A stretch of 64,000 nt of DNA from positions 124,001 through 188,000 of the forward strand of contig NIVC01000876.1 of assembly GCA_002269645.1 (NCBI GenBank), written 5' to 3'. Numbering within the stretch: position 1 is the first letter of the stretch; every line of letters begins with the position of its first letter. Positions 46,201-58,674 of this stretch are shown piece after piece. Both the position numbers and the translations under genes were made by a program. This DNA is from Macrostomum lignano (taxonomy: Eukaryota). The notes under the pieces are model-generated. The model was not told where the DNA came from, made no database searches, and saw nothing but the letters and a program-made list of their open reading frames with translations.

Positions 46201-49200
46201 ACACCTTGCATCTGCATGTATGACTTTAAAAATAGACAAGTCAGGTTTAGTATATAGACGAGGCCAAAAAGGGGAAAAGGGGAAAGAACTCCCATCACCG
46301 GAATTCCATTCCCTGAAATCCATCAGCTGAAACTCCATGACTTGAATCCCATCTTCCAAATCATCTCCAAATCCTCTGTAAAGCCTTTTTGCTCTCCTCT
46401 TTGCCCTCTCATCTCTACAGTGTAGTCTCTTATCTCTTCTCTCTAATCTGCTTTCCATCTCTAGTCTCTCATCTCTGCTCTCTCTTCTTTGCTATCTTAT
46501 ATCTAGTCTCTCCTCTCTCTCCTCTCATCTCTACTCCCTTATGTATCTCTTCTCCCTCGTCTTTCATCTGTACCCTCTCCTGTCTCTTGTCTCATCTCTT
46601 CTCTCATATCTCTCCTCTTCACTTCTGTCTCCTGTCTCCTCTCTTCACTTTTATCTTCTCTCCCTCTTCTCTCCTCTCTCATATGTCATCTCTACTCACT
46701 TATCTATCGTCTCTCTTTACCCTCTCTCTCCTCTCTGCTCTCATTTCTCATATCTCATATACGCTCTCACACTCTACTTTCTTGTCTCCCATCTTTCTTT
46801 CCTCCTTTCTACTATCCCCTGTCTCTTCTCTTCTCTCTTTTCTCCTCTCCTTTCTCCTTTCATCTTCTCCCCTCTCTTCTCTAATCTCTAATCTCTTCTC
46901 TCTTATGTTCTCACGCATCTCTTCTCATCGCATCTCTCCTCTCCTCACTACTTTCCTCTCTTAACTCTCTATCTCTGATCTTTCATCTCTCTCCTCTCTC
47001 CTCTCTCTCTTCTCTTTTCGCTTCTCTCTCCTCTCTCTCCTCTTATCTCTACTACCTTATTTATATCTTCTCCCTGGTCTTTCGTCTCTACTCTCTTCTG
47101 TCTCCTTTCACCCCTCTTTTCTCCTCTCTTCTCTCTCATGTCTTCCCTCCTCTCTCATCCCTCATCCCCTCATCTCACTCTTTCTTTCTCCTCTACTCTC
47201 CAATCTCTTCTATTTCCTCTGTACGCTCTTATCCCTCATCTATTCTCTCTCCTATTATCTCTCTTGTATCCCTTTGCTATCTCATATCTCCCCTCTCATC
47301 TCCTCTCTCCTCTTCTCTTCTCTCTCCTTCATTCCCGCCTTACTCCCCTCTTCTCTCCTATTTGTCATGTCTAATCTCTCCACTCATTTCTACTCTGTTT
47401 TCTACCATCTCATCTCTCTTCTCTTTTCATTCTTCTCTTTACTCTCTTCTCTGACTGATTGAAGATGCCAAATCCATCAAGATCCTCTCTACGAAGCAGA
47501 AATCCTGTCCGTGCAACTGAAAACCATCGAAATCCTCTCTGTGAAACTGGACTCCTTCGAAATCCTCTCCTTGAAACTTAAATCCATGAAAATCACAGAA
47601 GTCGTCTCCATAAAACAGAAATCAATCGTATATTATCTCCGTGAAACAGAAATCCTCTCCGTGAAACTGAACACCATCGAAATCCTCTCCGTGAAACTGA
47701 ACACTATCAAAATCCTCTCCACGAAACAGAAATCCTCTCCGTCAAAATTAAAACATTGAAATCGTCTCCACTAAACTGGACTCAATCGAATTTTTTTGAG
47801 TCAAACAACTCAACTCTCTGGATTCATTGGTTAGGGTTAGGGTTAGGGTTAGAACTACGCACAGCTTCATGTTAAAAGGCACTGATAAAAAATATTGAAC
47901 TAATTGAATCAATTCATTGCGCAACCGATTTCACAGTCAGTCAGTATCAGTCTCAGTTAAAGTTAACAAAAACATTGCGCAATCTAAATCAACCCTCCAA
48001 TACACAGCAGCAGTGAGAAGTTGAACCCTCCCCCCAACTTTATCTATTACGTCTCGCAAAACTAAGTACAATCTTTGCAGAAAGTTAAAAGTATGGAAAT
48101 AGTTTTTCAAATGCTGTGCTTTTTCTTTTCATATATAAAGCAAACAACTTATATCCCAGAACTCAGCGTTGCAAGATCTTTCCAGCAATATAAGTCTCTC
48201 CTCTCAAAGTTTAAAACTCGAGGAACAGTTAGCATTTGAAATTTACTGATTTCCCGACTGCTTGCTAGAGAAGCTCGCAATTCATTGAATTTCACTGCCA
48301 AGCTAATACACAGGGCTGCCTATGGAGAAAAAAAGGTGCCGATAATAAAACCAAATAAATTTCGACACAGTCTATCTGTTTACACTGTACAACTGATATG
48401 TACACTCAGCCCAAGCCCAACCCCCGTTCTGGGGGAAGCATTAAATTTAACTCAACCCCCCCAACACATGGGGGTTTTATTTGCATTGAACACAGAACAC
48501 GCAAACCAACCACCCCTCAATACACAGCGGCCCGCGGGCGGAGGTTGGGGTGGCTATTTTTACAAACTGGCTGAAGCCCCAGGCAGAGTGACCAAAGAAG
48601 GTTATTGAGGGTTTAAAAAGCAGTTTTCTGCTTTTTTAGGGATGTTAAAAAAATAAAATAGCCTAAAGCCTGCTCCAGAAAATTTGCAGTTTTCCCATAT
48701 AAGTTTCGACGCTGACTTGGCAGAATTGTAGGAGTTCACTTACAACATACATACAGACAAACAACGCACCACTTTTAGTATTAAGATAAGAGAAGATGAC
48801 ACAGAGCTTAAGTATCAATCAAAGAAAGCTTTTTTTAAAAAGACCTTATATGCTTTTTTATAAAATATCTTTGGTGTTTAAACAAAATTACTTGAAATTT
48901 CTCACTTAAAAATTATGAAATAGAAAAGGCTGGTGTATTATAATTTATACTAAGAATAGAAAGTGTATTATAATTTACTGCTGTTCAAATCAGAGATCTA
49001 GATCAATTTCATTAGGGCTTTTTAAGTCATTAGCCAATTAAAATTCATGCCGATAAGTTCAGCCAGTGGGCTTCTGTGGAGATATAGGTGGGTGCAGCAC
49101 AAGGCCTAGAACGATATGCATGCACTGTGCAATCTCTTGTAGAAGAGGCAATTCTTGCCTCCCTTCTAAGTCTTTGAACTGCGCTTCTTTTCACTTCCTA

Positions 49201-52200
49201 TAGATTTTCCTACTTGTATAATATGGTAATGAATGTCTAATTGTTAAAATATAACCAAAATTTTGAAATGATTTTCAATGAATAGTGTCAAAATTTGAAA
49301 TTGAAATCAAATTTTTTTTATGCAAAAATAGGTTTGAAAATTCTGAATATCAAAATCAAAATCGAATTTTGGTCGATCACTACTTAAAAAGAACATATTA
49401 TAAAAATAGTTCTTATTTTGAACAAATAAGAATGTAATATATAATGTAATAGGGTTTCTTAGAAAGCTTAAATTCAAACTTAAGTGCAAAAAATGTATGT
49501 TGTTTTACTTTTTGAAATATTCTCCTTTCAGTTAGTATAAATAGGAGCAAAGTTTAGGGAAAGAGAACCAACTTGCTCATGCAATTAAATCATTTATAGC
49601 TTGTTGAATACTTATTCTCAGATCATTTTGATTATTGCTAAGAGTATTGCAAAGAAGGTTGAAAGTCGGAATTAGGAATTCATGCAAAAAAGTACTAAGA
49701 GTAATTGCTGTGACCCTTTAATCTCAGTAACACCCAGACTGGAGAAATATATATACCAGTAAGACCACTCGGGCTATATACTAAGAACGCTACAAGAACA
49801 ATACTAAGAATGCTACCAGAACAATACTAAGAATGCTACCAGAACATTGCTAAGAAATTCTACCAGAACCCAACCAAGGATGCTACCGAGAAATATATGA
49901 GATTCTAGGAAACAGTTAGGAATACTAATACAAACCAAGCATAACTTATTATCAGCAGTAGAAATAATAAAGAGAAATTAAGCCCTACAACAGCTGGTGG
50001 CTTAACGGTGGGATTGAAATATATAGAGTAAGAAGAAATAGCCCTGTTACATCTCATTTGATCTTCTCCGCTTATAGTATCAGACAAGCTCATAAGCAAT
50101 GATTTATAACCCCAAAAAGTAACAAAAACCATGCCTATATTATTATGAATACAAATATAGCAAAATCATACAGCTACAAAAATCCTATTAGTATGAATTC
50201 TGAATTCCAAAAATATTGATTCCAAACTTGTTAGCCTACTAACAATAGGCCATAGGCATTTTTTTCTCCTTTTTATGTAATTTCCTAGAATTTATACTAG
50301 GATTTTTGTAGCTATATTATTTTGCCATACTTGTAAATCATAATAACTTAGGCATGGTTTTTGCTACTTTTGGGGTAATAAATTGTTTGTGAGCTTGTTT
50401 GATAGCCACCTATGCAATTTATATTAACAGCAGTTGTTATTTGTCTGGTAACCAGATAAATAGTGCAGTGGTTATTTGTCTAATCTAGACAAATAGCCAT
50501 TTTGTTATTTCTCTAGTTAAATTGCTCACGTAAGTATCTATTTGTTTATTAGTAATGAATATTCTGGATTTTTAAGACTTTTTATTGTATCCTAAGTAAT
50601 ATTTTGTTATACTAGCTACTGTAAGCAAAGCAAATATATATGCAATTAAGCCTACACTTGCTTAAATATTTTTAGTGTAGCCGAGTAGTGTATAAAGATG
50701 TATACTAGTATAACAACATAATCAAGATACAAATAAGAAGTCTTTAAAGTCCAAGAATATTTGGACTTTATTGTAAAATAGATATTATAGGATTATCAAT
50801 TTAACCAGACAAATAACAAAATGCAGCAATGCCTATTTATCTAATATTAACGAAATGAATAATGAAACATAGAACTTACTATCCAGTGACTTGATGAATA
50901 ACCATATTGCTATTTAATTGGTTTCCAGATAAATAATAACTGCCTAGATTAATATTTGCATACTCATCTATAATTTAGGAAAATATTCTATCTTCCACAT
51001 TTTAGCAAACATTCCATATCTGCTTCTGTATTTTAATACATGCCAAATAAGAATTCCAAATTCATCATTATTTTATTGATTTTACAACTAAAGTTAGACC
51101 TTTTAAAAATATACACCTAAATTTCTTGCATTTATTCATTATTGCTACATTAATATTTTCACTTCAGCCAGTGGCCACATTGATATGCATTCCCAGTGTT
51201 GGGCACCGTTAATGAAAATCTTAACTTCCGTTAATAGCAAAAGCGTTAGAGTTAAAACAAAAAAATCTTAACTTTTTAACTCCTAATTTCGTTAAGTTAA
51301 CTGAAAGTTAACTGATAATCGTTAATAAGCATTAATCCGTTAAAGTTAACACAGAAAATACGGAAATCTTGCATGTTTTTTCCAAAACAGACTTCATATT
51401 GCATGTCTTTGCTATTCCATCTTTTTAGCGAAACACAGAGGTCATCTAAGCGATTTGAAAGCTGAAAAAGTAATAAACTATCATTTTAAAAACTTGCATG
51501 CATAATACTACTAAAAGTAAAGCATATGGTAAAAAAGTAACTTATTTTATTTGAAACTTAAAAGCTAAAAACGAGAAATTCATAATTAAATATGCATAGG
51601 AAGGTTGTTTCAGTACCATTAGCAGGCGCAGCAGAAAGTTGCGAAAGATTGGGACAGAAGTGAATCAAAGCGATCGATGCTCACGCGCAAGAAATAAAGT
51701 TTCACACTATTTTAATTCATTATTTTAAAGTTTATTTGTAAGAAGTTGTTAATTACATGTACGTCTGTATGATCATCGTCATAAATAAAGAGATTATATT
51801 TAGGCATATAGGTAAGCTCAAATACGTTCGTAATGTTTAAACTTCTTGTAAGACTTCTATTTTTCGTTCCTTCTTTGCGTCTTTGGTCATTGACATAGAC
51901 ACTACCGTTAACGATGAATTTATCGTTAATTCACAAATTTTTAACGCAAATTCGTTAATCCGTTAGTTCAAAAAAATCTTAACGACAGTCCGTTAACGTT
52001 AATGAAAAATCTTAACGCTTATTAACGCTTATTAACGTATTAACGCTTATTAACGGACTGGTGCCCAACACTGTGCATTCCTATAACCAGATCTATATTT
52101 GTAGCAATGGTAGAACTACTAAAGTTCTTACAATTGCCAAAAATTTTAGAATTTCGTAGCATTATATGATCCATAGTTTGAAAGGCAACATGTACCCCAA

Positions 52201-54168
52201 GATTTCCCAGCCTTGAAAAAGGTACTTAACATTTTTTGGCATACATCAGCTTATATCCTGGCATATATGACACAATAGAAATGTTGTGTCAATGAAATTT
52301 TTTTGTATTGGTGCAAAAACCCTGCATATAAATGAGATATTGCTAGACTCTGGAAGGTTACATGAATGCCGGAAAATTCTGGTGTACAAATGACCCCTTT
52401 CAAAGTCGGTATACAAATTTTGGCATACAAATTCATGCCATTTTTTGCATAAAAATTTAGTTCAATAAATTTATGCCATGCATAAAATTGTAATGTAAAT
52501 CAATATTTTATGTAAAATAAAGGAAAATTTGTATTGTCTAAAAGTCAGTGGTAAACTTTTTGCTTCTTTAATATTAACAATAAATAAAAATAGTATAGTT
52601 TAATATTAGAGATTTAGTATATTTAGATTGCTAACAATGTAAATTTTGCATTATTCTTTATATAGATATAATTTAGGTTTGTTTAAAAAGAAAAAAATTA
52701 TAATATTTTGAAAAGACTTTTTATATGAAAGCCTTTTCTCAGGAAACTCTACTTGTAAAAACCAAATGACCTTTTTTAGGAATTTTTGGCATAAATTTTA
52801 GGGAAATTTTTAGTTTTTGGTGTACGCTAGCATACATTTAGCTAAGATAGTATTCTTGTTCCGGCATATATTACTACACTACTACACAATCTGGACCCCA
52901 GTTTCATGTTTTTTTCAACTTCACGCTGATGTAAAATTATAAAAAAATTTATGCCAAGACAAAAATTGTTTATATGTCATTTTTTAAGAATATATTTTTT
53001 AATATTTCAAAACTTTTACTAAACTTTAAAACTGCTTTTGTTGCTGAAAACTGATATTCTTTGTTTTAATTTGACTTTCTTGTGATTGCATTATTATTTT
53101 CTATTTTAGTTTCTGATTTTTTTAAGATCTTTCCACATTGTTTGATATTTAACTACACAATTACATTGGCCTTGAACTTGGCTATTTTTTGTATACCGAC
53201 TATGTACATTTCATGTTGAACCTGAAAATTCTATATACCAAGTGTACACCAATATTGTTAACAAAAATATGCTAGAAAATCTGGCATAAAGGCCACCTTC
53301 CAGACTATGGTCTAGACCTTAGAGGTTTTGTTATTTTTTAGCCATAAACCTAGCATACACCACACTCTAGATTATGTAGTATATGCCTGAAAATTTGGGT
53401 ATGCATTGGCTTTGCATGCCAAAATTAGGTATGTATAGTTGGCATGCATCACTCTTAAGAAAATAGTATGCATATATACCTGGTTTGCACTTAATAAAAT
53501 CATGTGAAAAAGTTGTAAAGTAGAAAAAAGTTTATTTTTAAGTGTAAAATTTTAAGCTTTATGTTTTTAAGCATATAACAGACTAGTTAAATGAAGCTTT
53601 GTGTGTATTGATTTTGCGCTATAAATAATATTGCCAAAAAACATCAAAAATAAGCAAATGATTTGCCAAAAAAGGGTTCATTATGCAATTTAAAAATGGC
53701 CATTTTTTGTTGCAACATAATTAATGTAATTTATTGTTGCAATACCAGTGTATTTTTGAGAATGGGTATGCACTCAATTTTTTTGGCATGTATTTGTAAT
53801 TATTCAATTTTTGTTCAGGCATGTATCTAGTATGATCTTGACTATGGAACATTATATACACTAATATACAATGCAAATTATTATTTGACATAAGGACAAT
53901 AGAAACAATATGCACCATTTAATTTCAAGCCTCTAGCTACTGCACAATTTCACTAATAATATCAATAATCATTTATTGATATGCAACTTATTTATAAATA
54001 TACAGAACTAAAATATAATACTTGTATTTTCATTTTAGATAGCTACAGCATAAGTAAGACTTATGTTCTTAGACTTAAGACTTATTAACAATAATGTTAT
54101 GTTGAAACTTACTTCTCCTGTGCCTGTGCATCAGAAGGAACACTATTTGCTTTGCCTTTTGCATACAT
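43293..54168 (-). CDS. SSBP3: Single-stranded DNA-binding protein SSDP (SSBP2/3/4 family, LUFS domain), 4 coding exons, apparent 1-nt frameshift
   Basis: Exons 54168-54113 ([19 protein letters not shown]), 45316-45182 ([24 protein letters not shown]), 45092-45008 ([21 protein letters not shown]) and 44230-43293 (Pro/Gly-rich; MPSPQDST; [11 protein letters not shown]). Total 1214 nt; one extra C in the run at 43852-43856 restores a 404-aa ORF. Paralog identity within SSBP2/3/4 not resolvable. Confidence 0.93.
44273..44965. repeat. 23-bp minisatellite (about 30 copies) in SSDP intron 3
   Basis: Unit CATGTGAGATTAGAGCTGA(T/C)TC(A/T); the sense strand reads CTCTAATCTCACATGTGAATCAG. Confidence 0.95.
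45770..45950. repeat. Old interspersed repeat copy (paralog at about 53170-53330), both in SSDP intron 1
   Basis: ..AAAATTCTATATACTGAATATATGCCAAG..AAAGGCCACCTTCTAGACTATGGT versus ..AAAATTCTATATACCAAGTGTACACCAA..AAAGGCCACCTTCCAGACTATGGT. Confidence 0.7.
46385..47460. repeat. CT-rich low-complexity tract (about 1.1 kb)
   Basis: Nearly continuous degenerate (CT)n/(TCT)n. Confidence 0.95.
47470..47790. repeat. Degenerate about 30-bp tandem repeat
   Basis: Recurring GAAATCCTCTCCGTGAAACTGAACACCATC. Confidence 0.7.
47829..47852 (+). repeat. Short interstitial telomeric-type repeat (TTAGGG)n
   Basis: GGTTAGGGTTAGGGTTAGGGTTAG. Confidence 0.8.
51194..52073. mobile_element. Non-autonomous hAT element (880 bp) with 8-bp TSD
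   Basis: TIR CAGTGTTGGGCACC / GGTGCCCAACACTG, perfect TSD TGCATTCC (51186-51193, 52074-52081), and subterminal CGTTAA/TTAACG repeats. Confidence 0.9.
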
Positions 54169-55644
54169 ACTGTATTAAGCAAAGCAAAATGGCTCCTTAA
54201 TAAAATCAGAAATTGATTTTTTAAGACAATATTCCTTTGCTCTATTTACTAAACTTAACGATGTCCTTCCTTAGGAACACAATATATAGCAATTATCAGA
54301 ACAGCAAAGGGAAGAGAAAAAAATTTTATGTCTTGAAAAGTTACGAAAAAAAATTTTTGTAACATACATGTAAACAAAATTTTATTTGAACAATTACCGC
54401 AATATTGCCAACCCGTGAAAAATGAAACCTGCAGAAGATAATTATTTTTTATTTTCTATGCTTATAACTACGGTACCAACACTTTTTGTTTGAATCGGAT
54501 GTCATAAATTTTGAAAGCCGGCAGAACGTCTTGTACGCTCGTGTCATTAATTTATTTTGCGATAATTATACCATCTTGCCGAAAAATTAAAGAGCCACAA
54601 CTTCTAATGAATTGGAGTCTGATTGCCTGCTTCCTCACATTCTCTGAACCTGAATTGGTTGTCTGTGAGAGTTAAGCCAATCCATTAGATTTTATGGGCC
54701 CAGACCGGCAATTGTAGCATACAGTTCCAAAATCGCTCCATTGGTTGCTTAATTGATGGCCCACGGAATGAGACTGGTTAATCGCAAAGTTTTCTTTCAA
54801 AATTCACTTAGTCTACTTATTCGTTCTGTTGGGCATGCCAGCGCGAGCATGGCTTCTATTTTTTATGCCAGGTCAAGACGCGGAAATGAACGGAGCGGTA
54901 CATGTAGTTGGAGCGGGCTTGATAAGCTAAGCGAAGCACGTACACGCATGTAAGAGCGTAAACAACTTGGTTATCGGTGGAGTACATTTACGTCGCAGTG
55001 TACGTCATTACTGGCCGGAGGGAGAATGTGCTAGGTTCCTATTTTACTCTGATAGTTTCTGCCATAGCAGATGTCATCATGTCTCCAATCTATCGAGATG
55101 TCGAGATTTCGAGATGAAACATGCAGGGTGCAATTTGAAAATGAAATTTGATTTGCTACAACAAGCCGTAAAGGATTCTTCATTTTTGCTCAAATTTGAT
55201 AATAATTCGAATCTTTTATTTTATTCCATCCCTTATAGACTTTTTCGAATCGCGACAGGAAAAATAGGCTGAGAATAGAAAACTGGCGTGCCAATGCTAT
55301 CAAAAGCAGCAGAAAAGCAGATATAAAGAATCAAAGGAAGGCTTCTCTTTGGGACCAATGAGTATGAAAACTCATTCAAAACTGCCTTAAAACAAACCAT
55401 GTGGAAGCCTCGCGTCATGTGGAAGCAATGATGCAGGAGCGCAGATTCTGCAAGCTGCCCCCCAGTAAACAGTTTACACTGTCGCTTTGGCAACGCAATA
55501 TTTCAGCGAAAACGCCGAATAAATTTTACTAAGCATCGCCCTTGCCGCGCCAGCCACCACAACCGGTGATTTGGGAAAATTAATAAAACCGACAGCCCAA
55601 GCAAAAGACAAAAGCCACAAGCCTCATCTGCACAGCCGCTGACA

Positions 55645-56514
55645 ATGCAGGCCTCATCAATTCTGCCGCTTCTCTGCTGCTGCGTCGCTTTCGGCTGCTC
55701 GTTGGGCGCCGAATTCGGCCCGGTGGGCTGCTTCGTAGACGGCCCAACTCGAGACCTCCCCGGACTCGAAGGCAGGTCAAGCATCGGGCCGTTACATGTA
55801 CTCGGTGTCCTCGTCAATGGTCCGCCTCAACCACATGACTCTGAAACTGTGCAGCGAGATCTGCGCCTATGAAAACTTCGAGTACTTTGGCATTCAAATT
55901 TCAGTGGAATGCTTCTGTGCAAACTCGTATGGCTCCCTCGGCCAGGCTGCCGACAGCGACTGTAACAGGAACTGCGGCGGCAACTCTGCTCAAGTCTGGG
56001 GATCAGATTGGAGAAACTCCGTGTACCGGCAGGTCTACCTTCGTCCGGGTGAGTTCAATTGTTCTAACATAATATTCATTAATTTGGCATGACAAAGTAA
56101 ACTCAAAGTGCACGTGTGAGAGTGTGCAATCCTCAAGACCGATTTAAACTGTGGTGCATGTCACAGGATAAATCACACATGCTCGTACAGTACAAAATTT
56201 ACTGAATTCTAACTGCTCACTCAGTCAGTCTCACCAGAACTGCTGTGAACTCTCTTTTGTCCTTCCAGTGTAGCAAGTACTTCACTTTTGCCGATCGAGT
56301 CTACCTGAACGTGACCTCCTCCAGCGGGCCCTTCTACCGCACCGTGAAGCCTGTGATGGGCCTGAACGAGTGTCTGATTCGCTGCCATGCCGACTGCCAG
56401 GCCGTGCTGCTCCACCTGGACGCCTGCCACCTGCTGAGATTCCCCGTTGTGCCGCACGAGCTAAAGGCCGTGGCTGGAGAATTCGCCGTGATTCGGAACA
56501 AGGACTCGTGCTGA
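55645..56514 (+). pseudogene. Secreted WSC-domain plus PAN-like protein gene with a frameshift (probable pseudogene)
   Basis: Signal peptide + GCFVDGPTRDLPGL, a frame change near 55790-55800, then MTLKLCSEIC..YFGIQISVECFCANSYG..SDCNRNCGGNSAQVWG..RNSVY. The last WSC Cys is replaced by TGG (55997-55999). A phase-1 intron 56049-56224 leads to ECLIRCHADCQAV..CHLL..SC*. Confidence 0.7.
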
Positions 56515-57933
56515 AGCCTTTGATTGCTGAAGCCTTTGGTTGCTGAAGCCTTTGGTTGCTGAAGCCTTTGGTTGCTGAAGCCTTTGGTTGCTGAAGCCTT
56601 TGGTTGCTGAAGCCTTTGGTTGCTGAAGCCTTTGGTTGCTGAAGCCTTTGATTGCTGAAGCCTTTGATTGCTGAAGCCTTTGGTTGCTGAAGCCTTTGGT
56701 TGCTGAAGCCTTTGATTGCTGAAGCCTTTGATTGCTGAAGACTTTGATTGCTGAAGTCTTTGATTGCTGAAGACTTTGATTGCTGAAGTCTTTGATTGCT
56801 GAAGCCTTTGGTTGCTGAAGACTTTGGTTGCTGAAGCCTTTGATTGCTGAAGCCTTTGATTGCTGAAGCCTTTGATTGCTGAAGACTTTGATTGCTGAAG
56901 TCTTTGATTGCTGAAGCCTTTGGTTGCTGAAGACTTTGATTGCTGAAGCCTTTGATTGCTGAAGCCTTTGATTGCTGAAGCCTTTGATTGCTGAAGCCTT
57001 TTATTGCTGAAGTCTTTGGTTGCTGAAGTCTTTGATTGCTGAAGCCTTTGATTGCTGAAGCCTTTGATTGCTGAAGCCTTTGATTGCTGAAGCCTTTGAT
57101 TGCTGAAGCCTTTGGTTGCTGAAGCCTTTGGTTGCTGAAGCCTTTGGTTGCTGAAGCCTTTGATTGCTGAAGCCTTTGATTGCTGAAGACTTTGATTGCT
57201 GAAGTCTTTGATTGCTGAAGACTTTGATTGCTGAAGTCTTTGATTGCTGAAGCCTTTGGTTGCTGAAGACTTTGGTTGCTGAAGCCTTTGATTGCTGAAG
57301 CCTTTGATTGCTGAAGCCTTTTATTGCTGAAGTCTTTGGTTGCTGAAGTCTTTGATTGCTGAAGCCTTTGATTGCTGAAGCCTTTGATTGCTGAAGCCTT
57401 TGATTGCTGAAGCCTTTGATTGCTGAAGCCTTTGGTTGCTGAAGCCTTTGGTTGCTGAAGCCTTTGGTTGCTGAAGCCTTTGATTGCTGAAGCCTTTGAT
57501 TGCTGAAGACTTTGATTGCTGAAGTCTTTGATTGCTGAAGACTTTGATTGCTGAAGTCTTTGATTGCTGAAGCCTTTGGTTGCTGAAGACTTTGGTTGCT
57601 GAAGCCTTTGATTGCTGAAGCCTTTGATTGCTGAAGCCTTTGATTGCTGAAGACTTTGATTGCTGAAGTCTTTGATTGCTGAAGCCTTTGGTTGCTGAAG
57701 ACTTTGATTGCTGAAGTCTTTGATTGCTGAAGCCTTTTATTGCTGAAGTCTTTGATTGCTGAAGTCTTTGATTGCTGAAGCCTTTGATTGCTGAAGCCTT
57801 TGATTGCTGAAGCCTTTGATTGCTGAAGCCTTTGATTGCTGAAGCCTTTGGTTGCTGAAGCCTTTGGTTGCTGAAGTCTTTGATTGCTGAAGCCTTTGAT
57901 TGCTGAAGCCTTTGATTGCTGAAGCCTTTGATT
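56508..57933. repeat. 16-bp minisatellite (about 88 copies) starting at the stop codon of the WSC gene
   Basis: Unit TTGCTGAAGCCTTTG(A/G); a 320-bp higher-order duplication is visible at 57001/57321. Confidence 0.97.
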
Positions 57934-58674
57934 TGTAAGACGGTATGTTGCAAGACAAGACTGTCGAGACAAGAATTTTCAGTTTACTGTCTTGTAGCGA
58001 CAACTTAAAGACTGTTAAGTTTCAATGTTTTCGGCTTGAGATCCATCAATTTTCAGTTTAGTGTCTTGTAGAATAAAAATGCTCTTAACCAAGTCAGTAG
58101 AAATTGTTAACTTGACCCATTTTAATCATCTTCGATTTTCACCTCGTACCATTCTGTTTTGGTCAATATTCTGTCAATATTCAATGTAAACAGACATGAA
58201 TCGAGAATAAATCTGCAGATATGCATCACACAGTACAAAGTCTGAATGGTTGCATTTGGAAGAAAACTGCCAGCCCATGTATTTGATATTCCATTTTTGC
58301 TTGCATAGACACATTACCTTTTCTCATACTGGTTGTACAGGTGGACAGGCCCGCATATTCGCACCAAACACTAGGAATGCGACAACAACTCCACACTCCA
58401 TGCAGGCTTTCATTTCCTTTCTAGTGACACCAAGCTTGTCAGTGCAGTTGGTTTCATGTTTTGAAATTTCAAATTGAAAAGATGAAAGTGATGCTCGCTG
58501 TCTCCGAAATTTTCTCTTTAAAATGTTTAACATACATATCAAATACTTGCAATGCAATTTGAGCAAATTCGTACAGCTCAATGTCTTATTTTTCGGCTAT
58601 ATAGTCTGAACCACGATTTTCTTTTATTTTACCTGTAACAGGTAAAAAGTACCTGCTGATTAAGGCTCAAGCTC

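Noticed and set aside
46198-47462. Leu/Ser-rich and Arg/Glu-rich ORFs
   Set aside because: Translations of the CT-rich low-complexity tract.
48130-48790. Helentron/DINE-like non-autonomous element
   Set aside because: Only a CATACAGACAAAC..AAGAT end is suggestive; no subterminal inverted repeats or hairpin could be verified.
4031-57933. Tandem arrays as CRISPR arrays
   Set aside because: Units are contiguous with no unique spacers, there are no cas genes, and the context is eukaryotic.
57001-57972. 323-aa SNQRLQQ-repeat ORF
   Set aside because: Reading of the 16-bp array.
57930-58010. GTAAGACGGT.. as a spliced-leader RNA gene
   Set aside because: No ATG|GT exon end and no convincing Sm site; the resemblance is only a few bases.
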